In this document: piece after piece, positions 1 to 12,300 of the stretch
Numbering within the stretch: the first letter of the stretch is position 1
How the letters are laid out: the number at the start of each line of letters is the position of its first letter
Assembly: GCA_035221665.1 (NCBI GenBank)
Contig: CM069131.1
Coordinates: forward strand, 132,122,001-132,186,000
Direction of reading: 5' to 3'
Length of the DNA: 64,000 bases
Source of the DNA: Okamejei kenojei
Taxonomy: Eukaryota
The notes under the pieces: generated by a model
What the model saw: the letters and a program-made list of their open reading frames with translations, nothing else
Database searches by the model: none
Told to the model about the DNA's origin: nothing
Position numbers and translations under genes: made by a program

Positions 1-895
1 CAAGCTTCCCAAATTTGCGGACGACACAACCCTGATTGGACTGATCCAGGATGGGAGGAATCTGCCTAGAGACAGGAAGTGACACAGCTGGCATCCTGGT
101 GCCTTCGTAACAACCTGGAGCTCAATGCTAATAAGACAGTGGAATTTATTGTAGACTATAGGAAAGCTCCTCCTCCTCTCACCCCCACTCACCATCAACA
201 ACACCACAGTCACATCTGTGGAGTCTTTTAAGTTCCTGGGGACCATCATCTCCAAGGACCTTAAGTGGGGGGGCTACCATCGACTCCACAGTCGAAAAGG
301 CACAACAGAGGATGTACTTCCTGCGGCAGCTGAGGAAGCACAATCTGCCACAGGCAATGATGGTCCAATTCTACACGGCCATCGTAGAGTCTGCCCCCAC
401 CTTCTCCATCATGGTCTGGTTTGGCTCAGCCACCAAGCACGACATCTGGAGGCTGAGGCCAATAGTCCGATCAGCTGAGAAGGTTATTGCTGAAACCTTC
501 CCTCCATTGACGAACTGTACACTGCAAGGGCCAGGAAGCGAGCAGGTAAGATCATCTCTGACTCTTCTCACCCTGGCCACAAACTCTATGAATCATTTCC
601 CTCTGGAAGGCGACTCCGGACTGTCAAGGCTGCCACAGCCAGACATAAAAACAGCTTTTTTTCCACGAATAGTAGCTCTACTCAATAACCAAAAATCTTT
701 AACCTCCTTTTGCTCTGGTATTTTATTTAATGCACATGTTTAATCAATATTGCTTTATTATTAATGATTAATGTTTTATGTATCATTCCTAACAGTCACT
801 GTATGTCATGTTGTCACTTGCGGGCGAAGCACCAAGGCAAATTCCTTGTATGTGAATACTTGGCCAACAAACTTATATATTCATTCATTCATTCA
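1..895 (+). mobile_element. Rex1/Babar-type non-LTR retrotransposon, 3' part (RT C-terminus), frameshifted
   Basis: KFADDTTLIGLI at the window start, then ESFKFLGTIISKDLKW / MYFLRQLRKHNLPQAMMVQFY (ORFs 218..478, 312..743); ends in a (TTCA)n tail at ~880-895; a close copy lies at 44121-44750. Confidence 0.8.
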
Positions 896-3345
896 GCTGG
901 GTGACCTCAGGGCCATCCGGGAAAACGAGAGTTTCCTGGACAGAACCTAGAGTGAGGTTGTCACACCAAGGAAGAGCGAAGGTGGGTGACTATGAGAAAG
1001 AGGAGTAAACATGGTGCAAGAGACTGCGGTGGCTGTACCTCCTGAAAACGGGTACACCCTATTGGGAACGGATGACACAACAGGATTGAGTGGTAGCCAG
1101 GGCTGTGATTCCAACCCTGGTGCCGAGGCTCAATAGGGAAGAGTGACGTCAGGCAGAGCCATAGTGGTTGGAGACTCCATCATCAGAGGTGCGGACGGGA
1201 GATTCTGCAGCAACAGGCGAGACTCCAGGATGGTGTGTTTGCCTCCCTGGTGCCATGGTCCAGGACATCTCGGAGCAGCTGCACGGCATCCTCAAGAGTG
1301 AAGGGGAGAAGCCGGAGGTTGTTTTGCATGATTGCACAAATGATATAGGTGGGAAGGGGAAGGAGGTTCTGCAACAAAAAATTACGGAATAGGGCAGAAG
1401 ACTGAAAAGCAGGACCTGCAAGGTAGTGATCTCAAGATTGTTTTCCAGTACCTCGTGCTAGTGAAGGTAAGATTAGGAAGATAGGGGAAATGATTGTTTC
1501 GCTGAGGAGTTGGTGTAGGGCAGTGATTCAGATTTCTGGATCATTGGGAGCTCTTCCGGGGCAAGGGATGACCTGTATATAAAGGGACGGATTGCACTTA
1601 AACTGGTACCAACATCCTAGTGGTAAGGTTTGCTAATGCTACACGGGAGGGTTTAAACTAGATTGGCAGGGGGTGGGATCTCATACAGGACAGAGGCACG
1701 TGAGAGGCTAGAAGTTGGTATGGAGGGTAGTGTGGGAAAGGTTAGTGGACAGATAGGCAGGTGAAAGGGGGAGAGCAAGGAAGGAGGGTTGGTTTAAACC
1801 AATATTAATGCAAGGGGCCTGAAGGGTAAGGCAAATGAGCTTGGGCATGGGCATGGATAGATATGGGCGACTGTGACGTTGTAGCCATGACTGAAACCTG
1901 ATTAATGGAGGGGCAGGACTGGCAGCTCAATGTTCCGAGGTACCGGAGCTTCAGGAGAGACGGGATGAGGGAAAAAGAGGAGGGGGGGGGGGGGGGGGTT
2001 GCATTGTTGGTTAAGGAGGATGTCACGGCTGTGTTCAGAGATGACATATGGACGGTTCGTCTAGTGAGGCTATATGGGTGGAGCTGAGGAACAAGAAAGG
2101 ATGATCACCTTGTTGGGGTGTACTGCAGACCCCTGAATAGTCAATGGGAACTAGAAGAACGTATGTGCTGGGAGATTACAGACAGCTGCAGGTCGAATAT
2201 GGTTGTTGTAGTAGGGGATTTTAACTTTCCCAATATAGACTGGGAAAATCATAGCATGAAGGGTTTAGATGGGGTGCAATTCCTCAAAAGTGTTCAGGAG
2301 AGTTTTCTTAAGCAGTATGTGGAGGCCCCCATATGTGAGTGGGCAACGCTGGATCTAGTATTGGGAAATTGGGAAGGGCAAAAGTTAATGAAGTGTGTGT
2401 GGAGGAGCCTTTTGGAACCAGTGACCACACAGATTATGGTTTAAGATAGTTATTGATAGGAAAGAGAGGACCCATTTGAGTGTTAAAATGCTCAACTGGG
2501 TTAAGGCCAACTTTGAGGTTATGAGAGGTCTCGCTCAAGTTGACTGGAGCAGGTTATTAGAGGGGAAAAGAACATTAGCCAAGTGGGATGTTTTTAAAAG
2601 TGAACTGAAAAAAGCTCAGGATGTGTACGTCCCAGTTAGAGTGAAGGGCAAAGCAGGCAAACATAAGGAAGCTTGGCTGACAAGGGAAATTGAAACATTA
2701 GTCAAAAATAAGAAGGATGCATGGGACAGGTATAGGCAGCTGGGATCAAGTGCATCTCCGGAGGAGTTTTGGGAACGAAGGAGTAAACTAAATATTTACT
2801 GAGGAAAAATACAGTAGGACGGAGGAAATTTGAGCAGTCACTGGAAGTGTCTTGAGAGCAGTCAGGGTTACCGTCGAAGTACTGAAGGTGCTGTCATGTT
2901 TGATGGTAGACAAATCTCCAATGCCTGATCAGATATATCCGAGGACATTGAAGGAAACTAGAGTGGAAATTACAGGAGCCCTGGTTGAAATTTACGAGTC
3001 ATAATTACAGGAGAGGTGCCGGAAGGCTGGAGGATGGCAAATGTTGTACCTCTTTTCAAGAAGGGCTGCAGGGAAAATGCTGCGAACTATAGGCTGGTGA
3101 GCTTAACATCTATTGTTGGTAAGTTGGTAAGCTGTACTGGAGCGTATTTTCAGGGATAGGTTATACAGGCATTTGGATGGGCAAGGGCTGATTAGGGATA
3201 GTCAGCATGGTTTTGAATATGAAAGGTCATGTCTCACAAATTTGATTGATTTTTTTGAAGACGTGACCAAAAAGGTTGATGAGGGCAGAGCTATAGATGT
3301 TGTGTACATGGACTTTAGTGAGGCATTCGACAAGGTAGGCTGCTG
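896..3345 (+). mobile_element. CR1-clade LINE: ORF1 SGNH/GDSL esterase remnant, APE endonuclease and start of RT, degraded
   Basis: RAIVVGDSIIRG (~1155-1190), CLPGA, VVLH-x-TNDIG (ORF 1168..1392); VVVGDFNFPNIDW and LDLVL (ORF 2118..2444); QHGF..RSCLTNLIDFFE and DVVYMDFSEAFDKV (ORF 3173..3424). Confidence 0.85.
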
Positions 3346-4508
3346 TGGAAGGGGAATTACAGACCAGTTACAGACCAGTAGGCTTGACTTCGGTGGTGGG
3401 AAAGATGCTGGAGTCAATTATTAAAGAGGTAATAATGGGGCATTTGGATAGCAGTAAAAGGATTAGTCCAAGTCCGCATGGATTTATAAAAGGAAAATCA
3501 TGCTTGACTAATCTTCTGGAATTTTTTGAGGATGTGACAAGTAAAATGCATGAAGTGGAGCCAGTGGATTGTTGTGTATCTAGACTTTCAGAAAGCCTTT
3601 GATAAGGTCCCGCACGGGAGACTGGTGACTAAAATTAGAGCACATTGTATTGGGGTAGGGTGTTTACATGGATAGAAAATTAGTAGGCAGACAGGAAGCA
3701 AAGAGTAGGAGTGAACGGGTCCTTTTCAGAATGGCAAGCAGAGGCGACTGGAGTGCCGCAAGGCTCGGTGTTGGGGCCGCAACTGTTTACCATATATATT
3801 AAGTATTTGGAAGAGGGAATTCGGAGCAACACTAGCAGGTTTGCGGATGACAAAAAGCTGGGTGGCAGAGTGAACTGTGAAGAGGATGTAAGGAGGTTGC
3901 AGGGTGACCTGGACAGGTTGAGTGAGTGGGCAGATGCAGTATAATATAGATAAATGTGAGGTTATCTACGTTGGTGGCAAAAACAAGGGAGCAGATTATT
4001 ATCTCAATGGGCTTAGGTTAGGTAAGGGGGAGGTACATCGAGACCTGGGTGTTCTTGTACACCGGTCACTGAAAGTCGGCATGCAGGTACAGCAGGCAGT
4101 GAAGAAAGCTAATGGAATGTTGGCCATCATAACAAGAGGATTTCAGTATAGGAGTAGAGAGGTTCTTACCAGGGGCCCTTTGCAGTTGTAAAGGGCCCCT
4201 GGTAAGATCACATCTGGAGTATTGTGTACAGTTTTGGTCTCCTATTTTGTGGAAGAGCATCCTTATGATTGAGGCAGTGCAGCATAGTTCATGAGATTGA
4301 TCCCTGGGATGGCGGGACTGTCATATGAGGAAAGAATGAAAAGACTAGGCTTGTATTCACTGGAGTTTGGAAGATGAGGGAAATCTTATAGAAACATATA
4401 AAATTATAAAAGGGCTGGACAAGCTAGATGCAGGAAAAATGTTCCCAATGTTGGGCGAGTCCAGATCCAGGGGCCACAGTCTTAGAATAAAGGGGAGGTC
4501 ATTTAAGA
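3346..4508 (+). mobile_element. CR1-clade LINE, RT/3' part, second subfamily
   Basis: [34 protein letters not shown] (ORFs 3345..3602, 3711..3944). Confidence 0.85.
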
Positions 4509-5336
4509 TGGGATAGACCCAGCCTCAACTACCTGCTCTCGCAGCATATTCCGTACACCACCACCCTTTGTGTGAAAAAGTTACCCCTCGGATTCCCATT
4601 AAATCTTTTCCCCCCCCTTCACCTTGAACCTACGTCCTCGATTACCCTACACTGGCAAAAGACTGTGTATCTACCCCATCAGTTAAGTAACAGCTAGACA
4701 GGTACATGGATAGACGGGTTTGGAGGAATATGGGACCAAGTGCAGGCAAGTTGGACTAGTGTAGCTGGGAGATTGTTTGGCGGTGTGGGCGAGTTGGGCC
4801 GAAGGGCTGTTTCCACATTATCACTCTAATGACTCTATTCAATAATTAAACTCCAGAAAATGTTCTCACTGAAATATTTGTCTAATCAATCACTAACAAA
4901 CATATGCCTTTGAGTAAATATGTTGAAGCTAAACTCTGATCTTCCTACTAGGAATAGCACATGGTATTAGATGCCATGGCCATAGATTAAACTTGGCATT
5001 ATTGTCCAAAGATTGATATGGTGATTTGCTTACCTGCTCCCTTGTGACATGGGTGAACAATGCAACAAACTCTACACTTACCAGTTCTTTGAATTACATG
5101 AGTCATAGTGAAGAGGTGAATTTGTAAATTGTTCATGAAATTGAAAGCAAGTTGGTTCTTACAGTTTCAAAACCACCAATGCAATGGATTTCAGTTTCAC
5201 AGCCTTAATGTTTGTGATATATATAAATGACTTGGACATAAATGTAGATGGGTAACTTAGTAAGTATGCAAGTGATACCAAGGTTGATGGAGGCGTAGAC
5301 CGTGAGGAAGGTTGTCAATGTATACAGGGGGATATG

Positions 5337-7370
5337 GAGTCATAGAATGATACAGTGTGGAAACGGGCCCTTTGGCCCAACTTGCACACACCGGCCGACA
5401 TGTTCCATCTTGACTAGTCCCAACTACATGTTTGGTCCATATCTCTCCAAACGTGAACTATCCATGTACCTGTCAAACTGTTTCTTGAATGTTGGGATAG
5501 TCCCTGCCTCAACTATCTACTCTAGCAGCTTGTTCTATACACCCACTATCCTGTGTGTGAAAAAGTTACCCTTTAGATTCCTATTAAATCTTTTTCCCTC
5601 CACCCTGAACCTATGTCTGGTCCTCAATCCTCATTCCGCGCAAGAGATTCTGTGCATCTACCTGATTTATTCCTCTCATAATTTTATACATCTCATTAAG
5701 ATCACCCCTCCTGCCCTCCAAGGAATAGAGACCCAGCCTACTCAACCTCTCCCTGTAGCTCAGACACTCTAGTCCTGGCAACATACTTCTAAATCTTCTA
5801 CCAACATACTTCTAAATCAACATACTTCTAACTGTGCTGGGTCCTACTGCTCCCCCCCCCCTCCCCCCCCCTAACATAGGGAACCTCGGTGGTTGTTCCA
5901 CTGGGTTTTGACCCTTCCCCCTCAAATCATGTGACCCCATCTCTTTCCCCACTCTCACTACAGTCCTCATACCCCCCTCCTCCCTCACCACCCACCACCT
6001 CCCCGACCATACATCGCCTTGGCTTCCGTCCACTCATCTGCCTTCCTCCGGCCCCAACCCCCACCCTTGCCATGTGTTCACCCATCCCCCCCCAACCCCC
6101 ACCCTTGACCTCCCCCTCTCGGATACCGAACAGTCTGTCCTCAGCAGAGGCCTCAGCTTTGTTCCCCAACTCAATGTGTTCCGTGTCCTCCCTCCACCCC
6201 ACGTACCACCCTCCATTCACTCTGCAGCAACCCAGACTGGGTGATCAAACCTGCTGACAAGGGAGGTGCCGTGGTAGTCTGGCGCGTTGATCTCTACAAG
6301 GCTGAGGCCACGCGCCAACTCTCAGACACCTCCTCCTACTTATCCTTGGACCATGATCCCACAGAGGAGCACCAGGCCACTATCTCTAACACTATCACTG
6401 ATTTGATCACTTCCTGCTCCCTGCCCTCCCAAGCCTCCTACCTCATAATTCCCCAGCCCCGCTCGGCCTGATTTTTACCTTCTCCCCTAACTCAAACAAA
6501 CCTGACTGTCCTGGCAGACCCATTGTTTTCTGCCTGTTCGTGCCCCACTGGACTTATTTCCACATACCTCAACTCCATCCTATCCCCCCTGGTTAAATCT
6601 CTCCCTACCTGTGTTCAAGACACCTCACACACTCTTTGTCTCCTCCATGACTTCCGCGTTCTAGGCCCCCATTCCTTATCTTCACCATAGATGTCCAGAT
6701 ACACTGCACCTCCATCCCCACCAGAGGCTCTTAAAGCCCTCCATTTCTTCCTTGACCGCAGAACCAAACTATCCCTGTCTACTGATACTTTCCTCCGCTA
6801 GCGGAGCTGTCCTTACCCTTAACAACTTTTTGTTTGACTCCTCCCATTTCCTCCTTCCTCCAAATCCGTAGCTATGGGCACTCGCTAGGGCCCCAGCTAT
6901 GCCTGCCTCTTTGTAGGTACGTCGAACAATCCTTGTCTGAGGCAAACCGTGGCCCTATCCCCGAACTCTACTGAACTGAACACAATACTCTAAATGTGGT
7001 CTCAGCAACGTCTTATACAACTGCAATATGACCTCCCAACTTCTATACTCAATACTCTGACTGATGAAAGCCAATGTGCCAAAAGCCTTTTTGAGCACCT
7101 TATCTACCTGCGACTCGACCTTCAAGAACCATGCACCTGTACTCCTAGATCCCTCTGCTCTACAACACTCCCCAGAGGCCTGCCATTCACTGTGTAGGTT
7201 CTGCCCTTGTTAGATGTCCCAAAATGCAACACCTCACATTTCTCTGTATTAAATTGCATTAACCAGTCCTCAGTCTACCTGGCCAATCGATCATCCTGCT
7301 GCAAATTTTCACAACCATCTTCACTATCTGCAAAAGCACCCACGTGTATCATCAGCAACCTTGCTAATCT
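5337..7370 (-). mobile_element. CR1-clade LINE 3' end, split by a Penelope insertion
   Basis: Antisense CR1 3' UTR at 5337-5810; antisense CR1 ORF2 sequence (cacaatactctaaatgtggtctc) resumes at ~6971. Confidence 0.7.
5850..6970 (+). mobile_element. Penelope-like retroelement RT fragment
   Basis: IKPADKGGAVVVW...YKAEATRQLSDTSSY (ORF 6241..6471), then PDCPGRPIV and AMGT-like motifs; C-rich coding strand. Confidence 0.8.
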
Positions 7371-7624
7371 TAATAGATCAACTACAGAAATGGATGGAGA
7401 AATGGGAGATCTAAGTTTAATCTAAGCAAGTGTGAGGTGTTGTACTTTGGGAGGTTAACAGTGAGAGTAGGTATATCGTTGAGAACAAGACCCTTCACAC
7501 CGTTGGTGTTATGAGGGATCTTGGGGCACACATCCAATGCTCCCTGAAAATGGCAATAAAAGTAGTTAGAGTTGTAAAGAATATGCTTGATGTGCTCCCC
7601 TTCATTGGTTGGGACATCATATCA

Positions 7625-8043
7625 TATCTATATAATTAAAACTCTGATCTTGACCATTTCCTGTTTGCACTGCATATTGATTTTAGAAAAAAACGCTACC
7701 ACTTACGGCTGTGATTTTTGGCCATCTTACTTGGAGTCCTCCCCGCTGCGCAGGACAAGAGGATTTTTTCCCATCGATGAAAAATAAAAGACTTATTAAT
7801 GTTTAAAAAATGTTGAGATTCTCTCTCCTGTCAATCGCGCCATGAAGGCCACGTCCCTTATGGTGGGAGGGGGAGAGACTATGAAACCCAGAAGTGTGGA
7901 TGTGCCTCAGTTCTCTGCAAGATGGGGAGGGAGAGGTCACAGCTTTCTGTCTGAGCTGTGAATAATGCTGACACATGTCTACTAAACTGTGAGTGATTTT
8001 ATTGACCTGCCAGTGCCATTAATGTGGTTTGAAATGTAGTTTG
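7625..8043 (+). repeat. Unclassified interspersed repeat with a Helitron-like 5' end, running into a ~26-bp minisatellite
   Basis: Starts a|tctatataattaaaactc; 7720-7830 resembles the reverse complement of 63900-64000; runs into ggtttgaaaatgcaaaa units. Confidence 0.35.
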
Positions 8044-8248
8044 TTTAGAGAAGGTGCACAGACACCTTAAAGTCGGTCAGTACTTTATTAAGTATACATT
8101 ATACATAGCCCTGGCTGTACGTGGTCTGTCACGAACACTAGAGAGAGAGCTAGGGGTATGTGGGTTTACAATTATACTAACTGGTGGGGGAGTGGTTAGC
8201 ATGGACATCGTTACTATCAATTAAAGGTGTACACACATATCATCTACA
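8044..8248 (-). repeat. 3' LTR of the Gypsy element
   Basis: Differs from 9079-9280 by about 2 substitutions and 3 single-base indels; begins TGTAG on the minus strand right after the PPT. Confidence 0.9.
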
Positions 8249-9034
8249 TCCTTCCTCTACCAAAACAAACAGTGAGTGACAGGGCGAACCACGTCTCATG
8301 CGCCAGGGTGAGTGCAAACAGTAAAGCACAGGGATACAGGATCACACGTAATCGCCGTAACGGACCGGCGGCCCTGACCAGGGGTCGACCAGACCGGGTC
8401 CGCACCTCGCCATCACCTCCTTCCCCGACGGGAACAAGCGGGGACGCTGGGGCATGGTGGGGGCTACGGACAGGAGAACGCCTTGGCGACGAAGGCATGC
8501 AGCCGAGAAGTGGTTGGGCCTGTTGCAGAAATTACAGGTTTTCCCCAACGCCGGGCACACATTAAAACGGTGTGAGACAAAGTTACAATTTTGGACATCG
8601 TTGAGGCGGTCTGAAGCCCTGCAGTGGTCTTACCCTCAGTCGCCGGGGAGCATTGTACTGGGACCAGCGAGACTGGCTGTGTGGACCACAGGGTCAAGGT
8701 ACAGTGGAGGAGACAGCCTCAGCTAAACGAGAGGCATGCAGCGCCTCATCGAATGTCAGATCAGGCTTACGCAGCAGCTCAGAGCGCAGCTTATCATCCC
8801 GCAGACCAAAGACTAAAATGTCACGGGTCAAAGTATCAGGGGTCAGAACAACATGCAGGTCACATCGGCGAGCCACTGGCGCAGCGCAGCCACGAAATTG
8901 TCAATAGATTCCCCAGGTTCTGGCGTCTGGAGAACAGTTTTGAAACGCTCTAAGATGTGGTTAGTGGGAAGGTCACACAGCGCCGTAAATTTAGCAAGCA
9001 GGCAATCGGGGTCCTGGATACTCTGGTCGGGTCT

Positions 9035-9078
9035 GTCTCCGACTGGAGGCGTGGGTTCGTATCCCACTTCTGACACCA
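9035..9078 (-). promoter_or_regulatory. Primer-binding site for tRNA-Leu(CAA), extended
   Basis: Plus strand gtctccgactggaggcgtgggttcgtatcccacttctgacacca resembles the 3' half of vertebrate tRNA-Leu(CAA), including CCA; directly abuts the 5' LTR. Confidence 0.85.
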
Positions 9079-9280
9079 TTTAGAGAAGGTGCACAGACAC
9101 CTTAAAGTCGTCAGTACTTTATTAAGTATACATTATACATAGCCCTGGCTGTACGTGGTCTGTCACGAACACTAGAGAGAGAGCTAGGGGCGTGTGGGTT
9201 ACAATTATACTAACTGGTGGGGGAGTGGTTAGCATGGACATCGTTACTATCATTAAAGGTGTACACACATATCATCTACA
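9079..9280 (-). repeat. 5' LTR of the Gypsy element
   Basis: Direct repeat of 8044-8248, followed on the minus strand by TGG of the PBS. Confidence 0.9.
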
Positions 9281-9387
9281 GTTTTTTTGAAAATGCAAAA
9301 GTGTTTTTTGGTTTGAAAACGCAAAAGTGTTTTTTGTTTGAAATCACAAAAGTGTTTTTTTGGTTTCAAAACGCAAAGTGTTTTTAG
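9281..9387. repeat. ~26-bp minisatellite (ttttggtttgaaaaYgcaaaagYg), left part
   Basis: About 4 tandem units; the same unit resumes at 14943. Confidence 0.85.
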
Positions 9388-12300
9388 AAAATAGACAATA
9401 GGTGCAGGAGTAGGCCATTTGGCCCTTCGAGCCAGCACCGCCATTCAATGTGATCATGGCTGATCATCCCCAATCAGTACCCCGTTCCTGCTTTCTCCCC
9501 ATATCCCCTGACTGCTATCTTTAAGAGCCCTATCTAGCTCTCTCTTGAAAGCATCCAGAGTACCTGCCTCCACCGCCCTCTGAGGCAGAGAATTCCACAG
9601 ACTAACCACACTCTGTGAGAAAAAGTGTTTCCTCGTCTCCGTTTTAAATGGCTTACTCCTTATTCTTAAACTGTGGCCCCTGGTTCTGGACTCCCCCCAA
9701 CATCGGGAACATGTTTCCTGCCTCTAGCTTGTCCACGCCCTTAACAATCTTATATGTTTCAATGAGATACCCTCTCATCCTTCTAAACTCCAGAGTGTAC
9801 AAGCCCAGCTGCTCCATTCTCTCAGCATATGACAGTCCACATTCCCGGGAATTAACCTTGTAAACCTACACTACACTCCCTCGATAGCAAGAATGTCCTT
9901 CCTCAAATTAGGGGACCTAAACAGCACACAATACTCCAGTGTGGTCTCAATAGGGCTCTGTACAACTGCAGAAGGACTCTTTGCTCCTATAATTCAATTC
10001 CTCTTGTTATAAAGGCCAACATGCCATTCGCTTTCTTCACTGCCTGCTGTACCTGCATGCTTACTTTCATAGACTGATGTACAAGGACCCCCAGGTCCTG
10101 TTGAACATCCCCTTTTCCCAACTGTGACGCCATTTAGATAGTAATCTGCCTTCCTGATTTTGCTGCCAAAGTGGATAACCTCACATTTATCCGCATTAAA
10201 CTTAATCTGGCATGCATCTGCCCGCTTCCTCAACCTGTCCAAGTCACCCTGCATTCTCATAGCATCCTCCTCACAGTTCACACTGCCACCCAGCTTTGTG
10301 CTATCTGCAAATTTGCTAATATTACTTTGAATCCAAATCATTGATGTATATTGTAAATAGCTGCGGTCCCAGCACCACGCCTTGCGGTACCCCAATAGTC
10401 CACTGCCTCCATTTCAGAAAGGGAACCCGTTTAATCCCTGCTCTTTGTTTCCTGTCTGCCAACCACTTCTCTATCCATGTCAGCACTCTACCCCCAATGC
10501 CATGTGCCCTAATTTTGCCCACTAATCTCCTACGTGGGACCTTATCAAATGCTTTCTGAAAGTCCAGGTACACTACATCCATTGGCTCTCCCTTGTCCAT
10601 TTTCCTAGTTACATCTTCAAAAAATTCCAGAAGATTAGTCAAGCATGATTTCCCTTCGTAAATCCATGCTGACTCGGACTGATCCAGTTACTGCTATCCA
10701 AATGTTCGGCTATCTCATCTTTTATAATTGACTCCAGCATCTTCCCCACCACCGATGTCAGACTAACTGGTCTATAATTCCCTGCTTTCTCTCATCCCCG
10801 CCTTTCTTACAAAGTAGATAACATTAGCTACCCTGCATGGATGAAACTACAACAATTGTTCATTCCAGTATGGCAAAAGACTAAATCAGGGAAGGTGGCG
10901 CATCCGTGGATAACGAGGGAAATCAGGGATAGTATCAAAGAAAAAGATGAAGCGTACAAATTAGCCAGAAAAAGCAGCCTACCAGGGGACTGGGAGAAAT
11001 TTAGAGACCAACAGAGGAGGACAAAGGGCTTAATTAGGAAAGGGATAATGGAGTATGATAGAAAACTGGCAGGAAACATAAAAACTGACTGCAAAAGTTT
11101 TTATCGATATGTGAAGCGCAAAAGATTAGTTAAAACAAATGTAGGTCCCCTTGCAGTCAGAAACGGGTGAATTGATCATGGGGAACAAGGGCATGGCAGA
11201 CCAATTGAATAACTACTTTGGTTCTGTCTTCAATAAGGAAGACATAAATCATTTGCCGAAATAGCAGGGAATCGCGGGTCAAATGAAATGGAGGAAATGA
11301 TGAAATCCAGGTTAAACCGGAAAATGGTGTTAGGTAAATTGAATGGATTAAAGGCCGATAAATCCCCAGGGCCAGATAGGCTGCATCCCAGGGTACTTAA
11401 GGAAGTATCCCCAGAAATAGCAGATGCCTTAGTGATAATTTGCCACCCGCATTCAAAACTCTTTAGATTTCTGGAGTAGTTCCTGAGGATTGGAGGGTAG
11501 CTAATGTAACCCCACTTTTTAAAAAGGGAGGGAGATAGAAAACGAGGAATTACAGACCAGTTTAGTCTAACATCGGGGAGTGGGGAAACTGCTAGAGTCA
11601 ATTATTAAAGAGGGGATAGCAGCGCATTTGGAAAGTGGTGAAATAATTGGACAAAGTCAGCATGGATTTACGAAGGGTAAATCATGTCTGACGAATCTTA
11701 TTGAATTTTTTGAGGATGTAACTAGTAGAGTGGATAAGGGAGAAGTAGTGGATGTGTTATATCTGGACTTTCAGAAGGCTTTCGACAAGGTCCCACACAA
11801 GAGATTGGTATACAAAGCACACGGTATTGGTGGTTCAGTATTGATGTGGATAGAGAACTGGCTGCAGAGAGGAAGCAAAGAGTAGCGTGAATGGGTCCTT
11901 TTCAGGATGGCAGGCAGTGACTAGTGGGATGCCGCAAGGCTCAGTGCTGGGACCCCAGCTATTTACAATATAATAATGATTTGGACGAGGGAATTAAATG
12001 CAACATCTCCAAGTTTGCGGATGACACGAAGCTGGGGGGCAGTGTTAGCTGTGAGAGGATGCTAGGAGGCTGCAGGATGACTTGGATAGACTGGGTGAGT
12101 GGGCAAATGCATGGCGAGATGCAGTATAATGTGGATAAATGTGAGGTTATCCACTTTGGTGGCAAAAACAGGAAGGTAGACTATTATTTGAATGGTTGAC
12201 CCGATTAGGAAAAGGGGTGATGCAGCGAAGACCTGGGTGTCATGGTACACCAGTCATTGAACGTAGGCATGCAGGTGCAGCAGGCTGTGAAGAAAGCGAA

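Larger units (their letters stand above)
8044..9280 (-). mobile_element. Internally deleted non-autonomous Gypsy-type LTR retrotransposon (gag-only)
   Basis: Two ~205-bp direct repeats (8044-8248, 9079-9280); PBS at 9061-9078; PPT AGAGGAAGGA (8249-8258); gag motifs GESIDNFVAALR, LTRDILVFGLRDDKLRSELLRKPDLTFDEA and zinc knuckle CNFCNRPNHFSAAC; integrase tail TRSGR...PPVRYGDYV. Confidence 0.9.

Noticed and set aside
5302-5772. 156-aa ORF and similar antisense ORFs over CR1 copies
   Set aside because: Antisense or UTR readings of CR1 3' ends
9032-9078. Possible tRNA-Leu gene
   Set aside because: Only the 3' half is present, it includes CCA and it abuts an LTR, so it is a primer-binding site, not a gene
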